A DNA stretch of 64,000 nt from Podarcis gaigeae (taxonomy: Eukaryota): the NCBI GenBank assembly GCA_964106915.2, contig OZ066919.1. One strand, given 5' to 3'. Under the pieces are notes generated by a model, which did not search any database, was not told the origin of the DNA, and was given only the letters and a program-made list of their open reading frames with translations. Within the stretch, counting starts at the first letter, position 1, and each line of letters begins with the position of its first letter. The translations under genes and the position numbers were made by a program. Below, in pieces: positions 35,184-48,730 of the stretch.

Positions 35184-35679
35184 GCGCTCTACATGGGGCT
35201 ACCTTTGAAGGTGACCCAGAAACTACAAGTAATCCAGAACGCGGCACTTAGACTGGTGACTGGGAACAGCTGCCGAGACCACGTAACACCGGTCCTGAAA
35301 GACTTACATTAGCTCCCAGTACGTTTCCAAGCACAATTCAAAGTGTTGGTGCTGACCTTTAAAGGCCTAAACGGCCTCTGCCCAGGAGCGTCTCCACCCC
35401 CATCGTTCTGCCCAGACACTGAGGTCCAGCACCAAGGGCCTTCTGGCGGTACCCTCATTGCAAGAAGTGAAGTTACAGGGAACCAGACAGAGGGCCTTCT
35501 CGGTAGTGGCACCCGCCCTGTGGAACGCCCTCCCAGCAGATGTCAAGGAAATAAACAACTATCTGACTTTTAGAAAACATCTGAAGGCAGCCCTGTTTAG
35601 GGAAGTTTTTAATATCTGATGATTTATTGTATTTTTAATATTTTGTTGGAAGCTGCCCAGATGGGTTGTGTATAAATAA

Positions 35680-35728
<49 letters not shown>
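35184..35728 (+). mobile_element. L2-clade LINE 3' fragment with (ATT)n tail
   Basis: Translates ALYMGLPLKVTQKLQVIQNAALRLVTG...HVTPVLKDLH*LPVRFQAQFKVLVLTFKGLNG, typical L2 ORF2 end; (ATT)n 35680-35728. Confidence 0.85.
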
Positions 35729-35733
<5 letters not shown>

Positions 35734-36350
35734 GTATGCTATGATTGCAAGTTTGGGTGGAGTCATTTAATCTCCATCTATACTCATGATAAAAGACAAA
35801 ATATCCTCCATATAGAAAAAACACAGCCATAGAGTTTTGCAAACAATGCTCTTGCTAAGCAATTGTGGTCCTTTAAGGTGCCACAAGATATAGAGCCCTT
35901 GACCCAGCCCATTCCCTGACCTCATTGGGTTACTTACAGACACTCTGAGGCAAGGGTCCCTGAATTGTTTGTGGAGAGATAAGACAACTACAGCAGATCC
36001 TTAATGGGCATTCATGCTCATTTGTTTTGGGGGAGATTAGATGGCTGTTGAGTCAAGCAAGTGTCATCCCACACTTTCCCTATCACTTCTCTTACCACAA
36101 AATGTCCGATCTTTTGGAGAGCCTGATGCCATTTTGCAAGAGCTCCAGATAAGTTTTAACTGCACAGCTTGAATTTGCCAGTATGCAATTGATTGCCAGC
36201 AATAGGGACTATCTGAAAGCACACAAATGCAAAACAACTCTGGCAATCCTGAGGACAAGACATGACCCCTCATCTCCATCCCTAAACTTGAAATTTGGAG
36301 TATCCAGGACACTGATTTCAGTGCCAAGTACAAAATTCACACTACAATGA

Positions 36351-37613
36351 GACTTAACATGGAGGCCCATTGGCCTAAATATTGGGAAATAATTGAAAAA
36401 ATTGGAGACAATTGGAGGTTGTTAAGTTTGGAGAAATTGAAAACTAAGGTACGAGACTGGCTGCACTATGCGCAAATTCAAGAGGTATTTAAAATAGATA
36501 AAAAAGTTGGATTCCAGGTGGAAAAATCGAAACTAGAGACTGAATTGTTAGAGCCAAAAAGTAAACTATTTTCGAGAATGTATAATTTGCTGCTTAAGTG
36601 GAATACACAGGATGAGACAGTCAAATCCGCCATGATAAAATGGGCGCAGGATGTGGGGCACAACATTATGTTTGTAGACTGGGAAAGGTTATGGAACACC
36701 GGTTTGAAATTTACGGCATGCACTGCCCTGAAGGAAAATATTATGAAAATTGTATACCGGTGGTACATGACCCCAGTCAAGCTAGCTAAGATATACCATC
36801 TGTCTGACAATAAATGTTGGAAATGTAGAGAGGCGGAAGGGACATTCTTTCATCTCTGGTGGACCTGCCCGAAAGTGAAGGTCTTCTGGGAAATGATCCA
36901 TAATGAACTAAAAAAGGTACTGAGATTTACCTTACCTAAGAAACCAGAGGCCTTCCTTCTGGGCATGGTGGACCAGAGAGTGCTTAAGAAGGACAGAACC
37001 TTTTTCATGTATGCTACCACAGCAGCAAGGATCCTGATTGCAAAATATTGGAAGACACAAGATTTACCCACGCTGGAGGAATGGCAATCGCAGTTGATGG
37101 ACTATATGGAATTGGCTGAAATGACTGGCAGAATCCGAGACGCGGGAGAAGAAACAATTGAGGAGGACTGGGAAAAGTTTAAGGACTATTTGAAAAAACA
37201 CTATAAGCTGTATGAATGTTAAAAAATGCACCTTTCAGGAAATTCTAGCTTCAGCAAATGTAAGTTAATGAAATGAAAATTAAGACACAAGAATTCAGAG
37301 GTAAAATAATGAAACAACTTTATTGTGTTTAATATAAAACATATAAGAATTGAGTTACAGTAAAATTGAAAATAGGGAACATGATAAAATGGAAGTTACA
37401 ATAAGTTTTGAAATAAGTTAACAAATTGCTGATGCTTTATAAGACAGAGAACGCAGGGTTCGGAGGATGTGGGGAAGTCCTATAGATTAGATGGAAAAAG
37501 AATATGGAAATTTGTTATTTTTTTACTTTACTTTCTTATAACCACTCTTTATTCTTTTTTCTGTATTTCTGTATTTCTAAAAAGCAATAAAAATATTTAA
37601 AACAAAAACAAAA
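36351..37613 (+). mobile_element. 5'-truncated young L1 LINE (ORF2 C-terminal about 290 codons, 3'UTR, A-rich tail)
   Basis: 21-bp TSD acaaaattcacactacaatga (36330-36350 and 37614-37634). Uninterrupted frame to 37222 containing the L1 ORF2 zinc-knuckle CWKCREAEGTFFHLWWTC. AATAAA then an (AAAAAC)n tail. Confidence 0.92.
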
Positions 37614-38377
37614 ACAAAATTCACACTACAATGAATACACATGAACCATGAGATTAGTCTTGGCATAAGCTTCCAATCTCCTGCAAGCCTTGGTGCTAGA
37701 ACTGAGTTGTGCCACTGTGCTGCTGCTGAGACTCCTGATTCTGAACCTCTGAGGGCAGATTGACACCTCAACAGCTGCTTCTTGTAGGGGAAAGCGTCTT
37801 TGGGAGTAAGCAATTTGAAGAGAGAAGAGGCAGGGAGAGGGAATGCTTTCCCTCTGAAAATCACCCTCCCCCTTCGTCCTTAGCTACAGGATTATTTTGT
37901 TCCCATTAACTATGGACCCCAAATTTGGGATCCTCTCCAAACCTGTGCCAAACAATTTTGCAGTTGTTTTGTAGCACCCCATGAACTGAGTAACTGGCAT
38001 ATCAAACACGGGGTTTGTAGTTAACACCCCAAAATCCAACAATGTTCAGATCACAGTTTTCAGCTATGTGTTTATAACGGTGAATATCTAGAACTATGGA
38101 AGGTGCACAGCAGCTTGGAGCAATGTTACAACCCAGACACTTCTCCCATCAAATTTGCCTCTTTTACACTAAGAGAAGCAGGTGTTGGAATTTTGTCACA
38201 TCAACTGACATGTCACACAGTAGTTTACCCACAAGCTTCTGTGCCAATGAACCAGCTCATAGGATGGAGATGTAAGATTTCCTAGCGTACTCAAACTTGA
38301 TGTAACACATTCACCCTTCGGTTGGCATGATCAAGCATGCTCTAATTTGTCCAAATGCTGGATATACAAATATGGTA

Positions 38378-38844
38378 CAGTGGTACCTTGGTTCTCAAAC
38401 GCCTTGGTACTCAAACAACTTGGAACCCAAATACTGCAAACTCAGAAGTAAGTGTTCCGGTTTACAAACATTTTTCGGAAGCCAAACGTGCTCCGTTTCG
38501 AGTGTTACGCTGAGGTCTGTCTGTTTTTGCTATTTATTTTGCGTTTTTGCTTTTGCAGCTTTTTTGTTCTGTTTTTGTGATTGTGTGGAACCCAGTTCAG
38601 CTACTGATTGACTGATTGTGTGACTGCAGTACATTGTTTATTGCTTTCATTTTATGGATCAATGGTCTCGTTAGGTAGTAAAATTCATGTTAAATTGCTG
38701 TTTTAGGGGTTGTTTTTAAATGTCTGGAATGGATTAATCCATTTTGCATTACTATCTAAGGGAAAGCATGCCTTGGTTTTGGAACACTGTGGTTTAGGAA
38801 CTGACTTCCGGAATGGATTAAATTTGAGAACCAAGGCACCACTG
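38378..38844. mobile_element. Tigger/mariner-like MITE (467 bp)
   Basis: TA-CAGTGGTACCTTGGTTCTCAAA...TTTGAGAACCAAGGCACCACTG-TA (22-bp TIR, 1 mismatch). Confidence 0.88.
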
Positions 38845-38908
38845 TATTGTATTGTATTGTATTGTATTGTATTGTATTGTATTGTATTGTATTGTATTGT
38901 ATTGTATT
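38843..38908. repeat. (TGTAT)n microsatellite
   Basis: Direct reading; starts in the MITE terminus. Confidence 0.95.
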
Positions 38909-39058
38909 ATTCCTTTGCTGGAACCAGCATGTCCCATAAGACCTGATCAGGCATGCCCTGCAAGCCTCAACTAGTCCAGAATGGTGCATGACATGCTGCT
39001 TCATGACCTCTTTCAGCATTGCATGCCTGGACCTGCTGACACCCTAAAACAATTGAGC

Positions 39059-39078
39059 TAACATGCTCCAACATGCCC
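39059..39078. promoter_or_regulatory. Candidate p53-family response element
   Basis: TAACATGCTC-CAACATGCCC: two RRRCWWGYYY half-sites, zero spacer, both CATG cores, one mismatch each at position 1. Sits in a cluster of further half-sites. Confidence 0.5.
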
Positions 39079-41251
39079 TTAGCATATATCCCGGTGTGAA
39101 ACACTAGTTCAGTTGTGCCTCTGAGGGATAGTTCTTAGCTCAGTGGGACTTACTTCTGATTGAACACATATGTACTGAACTGTACTGTTATTATACCTGA
39201 TGCTGCATAATGGTAGCCTAGTAGTCAAGTATCTTCTTTTATGTAATGCAGCCAAACTAAAGAATGGTGACCAGAAAAGCACAGCAACAAAAATCAGTCC
39301 TATGATACCTGGTGACATTACTTACATGGGTGAGTTCCTGTTATCTCAAACGCATGGAAGGAAGGAAGTTGGTAGGTTTATGGAACAATCTTACAAAGAG
39401 GCTAAAAAGTAAAATTCAAGAGGCAGAGATTAACAGTGCAGGAGTAAACAAACCAGACAAGCAATTTACTTCAAAGGGTGTTTCAAAATATACCTTGCTC
39501 AGCAAGTCTGAAAAGCACACATTTAACTGTTATAAAGTTGCATATTGCATGGTGCATGCCACTCCAGTCTTCGATTGGTGCAAGATTCCAAGGGTTCGAG
39601 GCACTTGACATGTTTCTTTTGGAAATGAGGCATAGCAAAGACTATGATGTCTTTATGATATATGGCTTATTTACACATATATACAACTTGAGCCCATGGT
39701 GGAGGGGTAAACACAGTCATAGCACACTGACAATTTGTATGTTATCATGGGTATGTTAGAAAGGTATGTTATCATGGAATAAATATGTGCTTCTTGCTCC
39801 CCCTGTTTATGAATAACCAACTTGATATGGACTAGTATTTTCTTGGTACTTTAAGGGTCTTTGAAGGTATCATATTCCTCTTTGAAAGTAGCCTCAAAAC
39901 AAGAAATGTCTCAAATAAGATGTATCACAGGGCTTGTGGCACTGCTGTTTTGCTGCCCACCGTGAACATTCTGTTTGAGCAGGACTAGCCTCAGATACAG
40001 CCACCTGAGTCTCACAAACCTGTCTATCAGGGAGCATCATTTGTCTACCACACAAACTCATTGTAGCAAATTGATGCAATTGAAATGTACTCAGGAAAAT
40101 AACAGCATTCCCTAGCTTAAATGAAAACATCTCAGTTTTTATCTGGCAGTTACAGATGCCTGGGAACATAACAGAGTTTTATTGAGGTGGTTGCATATTA
40201 GATGGATTTTCTCTAGCAATCTCTGGAGCAATAATTGCAATGTACAACAGGAAAATCATGCAGTCACAATTCCTTCAGCAGTAAGTTATTAAAATGCTGG
40301 ATTGATGCCAAAGAAGGGAAAGAGGTGCAGGTTTCATGGAACATGACAGTTTTAGGGAAGAGAAGGGAAACCGGAAAGGGCTATAGATCTGCAATGGGTT
40401 TACAAAAGTTATGGAACCTGACATGAATTGGTAGCGATGTGCCCACAATGGTTAAGTATTTCAGATATGTTCCTGTTCTCTCACAGAACATTTGGCTGGC
40501 ATAATATGGCCTAGATGCTGTTCTGGCCATAAACTCCAGCAGGCCTATTTATCTAGAACACTGGCATTCTCTAGCATCTAAAGCTACTGTAGAAGCCTAA
40601 AACAGAAAGAAAGAAAGAAAGAAAATCAGGATTAAATCAAAATAATCTTTCCTTCAATTGCATTGACGTGTCTTTGGATTAAGAAAGGATTCAAAACAGC
40701 TTTTTCCTTAATCTGCATTGACTTTTCCAGCCATCATGTGGTGAAAATCAGATGGGAGGGACTATTATTCTAGATTACCGCAGTGTGTGTTCCTGGGATT
40801 GCCTTTGAAAACACCTGGCACAGATTTTGGCACAGGAGCAGCTGGTGGGGAGAGGAAGTGGCACAAACCCGGCCTCCTTGCACTTGCATCACTATGACTT
40901 ACCAAGAGGGAGACGGGCAAAGCAGCAGGGAGGTCAGGGAGGTGTGGATGCACTGGGGAGAGTGTCATCTTGCTCCCACCAGTGCATCTGCAGTGCACTA
41001 ACCTCTTTGTCAACTTACCTGTGCCCCTCTTCTTTTTAGCAAGCCACAGCGATGCTGGTGAAAGAGGGCAGGTGTGTGCCACTGCCCCTTCCAGCTGCTC
41101 CTGGTTCAGAGTTCTTCAAACTCAAGTCCCCATATGTTGTTGGACGACAACTCTCATCATCCCCAACCACCTCAGCAAATGGCCAGGGATTCTGGGAGTT
41201 GTAGTCCAGCAACATCTGGAGACCCGCAGCTGAAGAAGGTTCCTGTAGTTA

Positions 41252-41666
41252 CCATATTTTTCGCCCCATAGGGCGCACCTAGTTTTTTGGGGGGGAAATA
41301 AAGAAAAAAAATTATTTTTCCCCCCCCCAGGCGCAGGGCTAGGGCAGGGGAAGCCCGAGCTTCCCCCAACCCCAGCCCCCAGAACAGGCTGCTATCCGCA
41401 ACCCTTGGGAGCCCGGCGGGAAGTCGCGCCGGTCTCCCCAGGCTTGCGGATATCTGCCTGAAGCCCGGGGCGCGCTCCGCTGTGCTCCCTGGGTTTCGGG
41501 CTGCAGGCTGCTGTCTACAAGCCTTGGGAGCCTGGCGGGAACTCCCACGGGCTCCCAAGGCTTGCGGATAGCTTCCTGAAGCCTGTATTCGCCCCATAGG
41601 ACGCACACACATTTCCCCTTCATTTTTGGAGGGGGAAAAGTGCATCCTATAGGGCGAAAAATACGG
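41252..41666 (-). mobile_element. Second, shorter member of the same Tc2-type MITE family
   Basis: TA-CCATATTTTTCG...CGAAAAATACGG-TA. 41560-41666 is largely the reverse complement of the left end of the 3470 copy. Interior much shorter (415 vs 988 bp total). Confidence 0.85.
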
Positions 41667-43659
41667 TATATCCAAAATAGGGCTACAATATAGTTAACTA
41701 GGACTTGGGTCATTTCACACCAGTTTTTTATCAGCTGCAATGGCTACCAGTCCATTTTCAAGTTCCATATTCAAGGTGCTGGTTTTAAAGTTCATAATGT
41801 CTTGGGACTAGGATACCTGAAAAACTGTGAAATAAAAAACTATAGCGCATGGGCGTAGCCACTGAGGGCAGGGCGGGGCAGCTGCTTCCCTAGATCAAGT
41901 AAAACAATAGGAATACAGTACTGAACTAACTGACCAATCACATCAGTTCTCCCCCCCCCCATCCTGGCTATGCCCATGCTACAGTGAGAGTGGTGGCACT
42001 CTGGATATGGAATGCTCTCCCCAGATAGGCGAGCCTGGTACTGTCTCTGTGTGAAAATAAACACAAGAGATGTTAACATATAACAATTTGCCATTTTGTC
42101 CAACATAAGAGGACTCTGTGCGTAATCTGGGACAACCATCAAACTGTCCCAAACCAGTCCTGTATCCTAAAGTATTTATTATTGTTTGTGCAGCACCATC
42201 AGAGCATCTAGTGCTTTGCAGAGTATAAGGTAATCTGCTTGGAGGAGCTTACAAATGAAAATTAGATACAGTGGAAACAACAGAGGATGGGGAGGCAAAA
42301 GTAAAACAGGGAAGCTATATGTGTTTATTTCAGCTGCATGTCCTTTCTTAGGCTAGTTACTTAGGCTAGTGATATATCTCTCACTAGCTTCCCATTGCCT
42401 GTCTCTGCCTAACCTTAGAACCCCACCTCCTATTCTATTTCTGCTTGTAGAACTATATATCTACAGTGACAATAATAAAATAAATGAGCAACTCACGCAA
42501 CACATCTATTTTGTCCCCTTTCTCTTCTGGCAGTTGCTCCCTGGCTGAGTGTATCTTTTATTGTATTCATTTATTTGCCTCATTTATAATCTGCCCTTCA
42601 TCACATTGCAATCTCAGGACTGTTTCCTATAAAATGGTTACAACAGAACACAATAAGTACATCCAAACTCTAGTAAGATAAAATTAAACAATGTAAAACA
42701 GATACCAAATAAGAGCAGCTAAGCATAACATTGAGGCCAGTTTACCCCTCCTACAGGGGAGAGAGGTGGTGAAACTTGAGCAATCCATCCTTCTGTCCTC
42801 TGTTGCATACACATACTGTAACCTCCAATTTATGATGTTTCATGAATGCACCAGCAAAGCCTTACTGTCAAAATGATTTGGTGATTTTAGAACAACTTGT
42901 TGCAATCCATGCTCAGAGCCTTTTACTGAAAAGGGAGGTGAGTTGAATTCCCACTATTCCATTCCTTTTACATTCAACTAAACAGGGAGAGACCCTCCAA
43001 GTGTCCCTATTTTCCAGAGATGACCCTGATTTAGAGAAACCATCCCAGTTTCTGATTTGATCCCGGAATGTCCCGCTTTTCCTTAGGAAGTCCCTATTTT
43101 CATTGGAGAAATGTTGGAGGATATGGAGTTGTCCGAACCCCAAGCCGTCTGAAGGCAATTGTGTATAGGGAAGTGTTTTTAAATGCTTAATGTTTTGTTA
43201 TATTTTTATATATGTTGGAAACTGGACAGAGTGGCTGGGGCAACCCAGTAAGACTTGTGAGGTATAAATAGTAAAATTATCATTATGGAATGGGATGTCC
43301 CTATTTTCATCAGAGAAATGTTGGAGGGTGTGCAGGGAAAGAGTTAGAAGAAGGTTGTGGTGTAGCAAATTAGCTAGTCAGCCACAAACTATTTAGTCCA
43401 GGGATGGGGAACCTGTGGCCCTCAAAATGTTGTTGGGCTGCAACTCCCATTATCTGAGGCAATTTGCCATGCTGGATGAGGCTGATGTTCCCTAACCTTG
43501 GCCTTGGTAGTCTTGGACAAGTCATACTCCCTTCTCCGTAAAATGTGAATAAAATACCTCTGACCTCAAAAAGATTTTGTGATGGTGAAATGAAATAATT
43601 AATGTGAAAAATTCCAGTGTGTTGTGCTCAGACCAATTTGTCTCACTTTTTGGACTTGG

Positions 43660-43660
43660 A

Positions 43661-43716
<56 letters not shown>
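43660..43716. repeat. Compound (AC)n(AG)n microsatellite
   Basis: Direct reading. Confidence 0.9.
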
Positions 43717-43718
<2 letters not shown>

Positions 43719-44672
43719 CATGAAGAGCAATGAATAAACCCAACGTACCTCTCTCTTTAAGTTTTTAAAAATAGGAAGTTAAAGAGTCCCTTTCACCCAC
43801 CTAGCCTTCGAACCAAGATGTCTCACTTATTCCTTCTAGTCCAAAGGGCCTATGATGGGAAAGAAGGGGAGCACTGGTGATGGTGGGGACCAGGAGAGAA
43901 AGTGGGGTTCAGTTTGGGCTATTAAGTTGCACAAGGCCAGAGAAAAAACTCTGTGAACAGAAATCAACATGCAAATCCTGAAGATGTGAGTGAGCTCTGC
44001 CCTGACCTGTGTAATGAACAAATAATAGGAGGCCACTTTGCTCCCAAGCTCCCTCAGCCCAGTTCCCCCCCTCCTCTCGCCTCCCCAAAAGACAAAAGGT
44101 GCAGCTTAGTGATGCATGAAAGAAGAAACAAAACAACAAGGCCACCTCCCCTTCCCAGCCCACTAAGCTCCCCCACTAGACAGATGGCAACAGTTGCCCC
44201 CACACCAGTTGCGTGTCGCGGTGAACAAGCCTCTTTTTATCCCACAACAGGTCATAAATGAGAATGGTGCAGACAGCAGCCAAACACTTCGCTGAGGGAT
44301 GGCACTGGGAACGGAGTCGTGGGGGGAGGCAGGGAGGCAAGGCTGCTGCTGTCACGAAACCAGGGAGAATATAATAAGCAAGCCGAGGGTCACTCCCATG
44401 TGAGCCCATCTGTCCGCGTCCGGGAGCAACCTTGCCCATGTGCTTTTCGTTCTGGAAGATTGCCAGCACAGATCTATGTATGCGCAAGCAGCCATTGCAT
44501 TAGGAGCAGATAATACGCAGAGCTGCCTTTCTCATATATAATTTGTTGCCTCCGTGTTCATGTCAGTTTCTCAAAGGAGGTTTGTTTAGCCCCCTTTTAA
44601 ATTGGCTCTTATTGCCATTTTATTCTGAGATTCCAGGATTATTTGTTTTTAAGTTTGCTGCCTGCTGGTACT

Positions 44673-44675
<3 letters not shown>

Positions 44676-44707
<32 letters not shown>
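44676..44707. repeat. (GAT)n microsatellite
   Basis: Direct reading. Confidence 0.95.
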
Positions 44708-45190
44708 CTGTTGCTGTGTGTGTGTTACTGCTGTTTGCGCTTGTTTTCCTGTTTCTTTAAATTTGATGTGATACAGATTTATAGGGGGGGTGTTTCTGTA
44801 CAAACAGAGAGATATATTTGTAAGCCTCCCTTAATATGAGTTATTTAAGAGGTATAATAATTAAGGTATAAACATTGAGACATAGATATTTAATATAACT
44901 CATCTAAAAGAACTGCCAGCTCTGGCCGTGTATTTGCGCAATCACTTAACCCATAACAATGACAGGGTAGAAAAACCCCTTTTACTGGTTGGATTGTGAT
45001 TAACAAAGGTAAACATGTGCTGACTAAGGCTGAAATCCCAACCCTGCTTGTCTATTGAATTCAATAGCACTTCTGAGTAGACATGTCTAGGATTGCAGGC
45101 TAACAGAGCAATCCTATGCGTATTCCATTGCAAGTCTCATTGAGCTCCATGGGCCATACACCTTAGCTGTACTAATTGCAGCTGAATATA

Positions 45191-45370
45191 CAGTGCTTTT
45201 TTTCAGTGGGGGACGTAGGGGTATGCATACCCCTAAACATTTTGTGAATCTTTGTACTTTTGTCCATTTGCTGTATTTATTTTTCCCGATTTGAACTATA
45301 AAATGGTGATTTTCTTGGATCAAAATGAGAATACCCCTAAACATTTTTTTGAAAGGGAAAAAAAGCACTG
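45191..45370. mobile_element. hAT MITE (180 bp)
   Basis: TIR CAGTGCTTTTTTT / AAAAAAAGCACTG; 8-bp TSD tgaatata / tgaataca. Confidence 0.82.
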
Positions 45371-47412
45371 TGAATACATATTAAGTGACTTGAACAGGCA
45401 CTCACCTACACAGAATAAATGTCTTTGTCTTTGTGTGTCCATATACATTCAAGAAAGTTTAAACTTCAGTAGGGACCTGTGAATGGGCTGTGGCCATCAA
45501 GTGCCAGGCTCTGTACAATCGCAGAGCAAGAAGACGGACCCTACTTACCCCAGGGCTTTGATGTTAAATGTGAGACAACTGCTGAGTGCAACAAGCCAGA
45601 CAAAGAACCAGAGGACACAATGAGACAATGCAGTCAGCACAATGGGCAGCAGCAGCCTGTGCATACCAGCTGTCTAAGCTGCAGTGCTACTTATTCTGTC
45701 CAGGATCGTCGGCTCTCATGTGTTCATCACAAAGCTCACCATTTCATCAAGCTTTCTTCAATCTCCAGACTGCGAGGCTTGTAATAAAATGATGAAATTT
45801 GCAGGTTCCTTTTATTTCTGAGCGTGATGTTTTGCCTCTGTCAGTGGTGAATACATTCCTTGCGTAACCAGCAAATAAGCACTGTGCAGGTTCAAAGGGC
45901 GAGCAATAACACCAAGAGGAGGAGGGTCAAACTTGGTCACGATGAGTCCAAACTGAATCACATAATGCTTTCAATGCCCTACTTACCTGAGATTTCAACA
46001 GTTCTGCAGTACAGTTTAATCACATTTTATATTGCCCATTCCTGTTATGGGGATGTTTGCTGCTTGTGCCCTTTGGGTAAACATTTTTTCCAGGCAAACT
46101 AAGCCACAGCGGTCATCTTGAATCTGGAGTACACAGTGGCTCTTGGCTCTTTTCGATGGCAATGGCAGAATGGAAGTGTAGGGAGAAGCACCCTCTCAAA
46201 CAAGTAGCGCCCCCCATTCCCCATTGCTGAACCCCTGTGGCTACTTAAAGGAAAGGCACTTTTCACATACAAAACTGTAAGCGAGCCATGAGCCACAAAC
46301 TAGCAATTGAAACAAGGTTTTGTCATTCATATCTGATGCTTGGGGGCTGAGGCAGAAGATTGGCAAATAAATATTCTGCTGAGGTATCCACGGGCAACAC
46401 TTCACACCTACCCTAGCCTCATATTCTTTTATTTTTCTTCACTCATTGGTTCAAATACTTCTTAGGAGAGTATCTATCCTTTTGCAAGCAAGTGGAGAGT
46501 GTGTGTTTCTACTCAGAGTCGTTTTGCCTCTCAGGCCTAACCAGGATGGCGCCTTTGGCCTCCCATTGTTCTTTACTGGGAAGTCCCATAGAGTCAGGAA
46601 GTGTGACAGAAAATGTTGCTTACATTCCTTTTTTAAAAAAAAAATTAAAAAGGGAACTTGGATATTTAAGGGGTCCCACCCACAGCCTTAGCTTTGTAGT
46701 CTCCATTCCTGCAGCTCTATGCAAAAGGAAATAGGTTGACAATGAAATTAAGATAATGCCAAGTTCTTCAGACTGGAAAGTCTCTGGCTGTGTGCTACAC
46801 GCTGCTTCTTATGGTTAGCATTCAGCAACACATCATTCCGATTTATTGTCAGATTAGGAAGCCTCTGTCCAGACCTAGTCTTACAGAGGATATCTTCTGC
46901 TCCCTATAAAGGGAGAGGGATGCAAGGGTAAGGTGAGGCAGGTCTTGGCCTACTAGTGAGAGCCGCTTCCCCAATGGTGAGGTCCCGCAGTGCTGAGGAG
47001 CATATGAAAAATCAGAACCACATAGGCATGGACAACCAGAGGATCTTTCCCTCTCAGTAGTTGCATGAGCAGATTCTAGGCCACGAAGTGCATGGGAAAG
47101 AACCAAAAGATCAGGCTTAACCACATGACTGAGATGCTCACATACGTGCCTCTTCAGCAACATGAAATTACCACACCACTGGAAAAGGCATGCCACTCTG
47201 TGTAAATGTAAGAATCGGAGAGAGAAATTGGTTTTACTATTATCTGTTTGCATAACCGAGCCTTTAAAAAGTAGTTATTTCTATGATGCAACTGGTTCCT
47301 TAACAGAGATGCACATTAACCAGCCTATTGACTCCAACTGGAAATTCCATGTAGATTTTCAGTGTTGAACAAGAAAGCAGTGTGGTGGTGGTTACACTGA
47401 ACAGCCTTCTAG

Positions 47413-47414
<2 letters not shown>

Positions 47415-47448
<34 letters not shown>
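47415..47448. repeat. (GT)n microsatellite
   Basis: Direct reading. Confidence 0.95.
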
Positions 47449-47452
<4 letters not shown>

Positions 47453-48038
47453 GTTTTTGTTTTTTTGCATTATGCAGCCCATTGCTATAACATGTCATCA
47501 AGGCCAAGAATGCAACAGGGCAGAAACAGAAATTAAGCATTGTTAGGGGTATGTGGAATAACTTGGTGAATGAGTATTCCAAACTAAACAAGTAAACAGG
47601 TATTGCATAAGCAACATTATTCCTTCTTCTTTTTTAAATAAACGGCCAATCCAAATTTACCCATAGCAGCAGGAGTATTAGAATGGTTAATCTCTAGACA
47701 ATTTAAGAGACCCATGTGGGAAGTTGAGTGGAACTGAATCCAGTACATAGTGCTGCCATACACACACCAGCATGTCGTGGGCAGTGACAACTGGAACTCA
47801 ACACAAGCTAAACATTTCCCCACAGCCTCACCACATTGCAAATGCAGACTGTAGGAGCATGTCACACAGGGAAGGCCCAGGGCATTTTGCTACCTGAAGT
47901 GAAGGTCAAGATGGCTTACCCTCTCAGTTCCATACAGGCACAATGGCAGTTGATTCTTTCTTCAACAAAGGCAACAGGACATCATCCTGCACCACATTTG
48001 AAGGCAGCAGACTAGTTTAGGTGGTGTAAGACAAGCTG

Positions 48039-48730
48039 CAGGGCCATCTTTACCCGGGGGTGCAAGGGATGCAGGGCACCCGGGTGCCGAATTCTGGGGG
48101 GCGCCAGGCGCCCACCACTGAAGCCGCCTAAGCTCTTAACTATTTACCTGTTATGAAATAATAAATAATTTTGATCAAGCTAGAAAAAAAAAATGCATAT
48201 ATACCTAGCTATTACCAAAATGTATACCTACTGTTTCATTAAAGGACTTTCGACTTTGTGCACTCATTTACCAAAGACATGTCGCGGGCAGCCTCCGTGG
48301 GAACCAGCGCACCTCTCCTTGTCCCCCTCCTGGTCCTATTCCAGGCGGCGCTCCAGGGCAACCAGACCTGCAAAGGTGAGAAGCTCCTTGAGATGCCTCC
48401 CTTCCGGCCCGGGACCCTCCTTCTCTCGCTCCCCCGATGCCACGCTCTGACAAGCCAGCTTGAGTGCCAACGGAGGAGAGCCGTACTGCCCCAAGACGGA
48501 GCGGGACAGGCTGCCTCTTGGCCGGCTTCAGGGCTGGTGGGTTGAGGGTCGCTTCTGCTCACCAGTGTGGCAAAAAAATGTGGGGGTTTTTTCGCTTTGG
48601 CTAACTCCTCTGCCCCCTGCCCTAAGGCGTAAGCATGGTGTCTGACATAAGCATAATAAAAGTTAATTTGGGGGCTAAACTAAAATTGGGGGCGCTGGGC
48701 GGATCTTTGCACATGCTAAAGATGGCCCTG
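48039..48730. mobile_element. Non-autonomous hAT element (692 bp)
   Basis: 14-bp TIR CAGGGCCATCTTTA / TAAAGATGGCCCTG; degenerate 8-bp TSD acaagctg / gctagctg; CpG-rich interior. Confidence 0.75.

Noticed and set aside
36347-37222. 291-aa ORF as a host gene
   Set aside because: It is the C-terminus of L1 ORF2 inside a TSD-flanked truncated insertion; the ATG comes from the target site.
41172-41740. ORFs similar to those at 3395-3875 (apparent paralogous genes)
   Set aside because: The similarity is the shared MITE terminus, not a protein family.
44543-44839. ORF with a poly-Met run
   Set aside because: Translation of a (GAT)n microsatellite.
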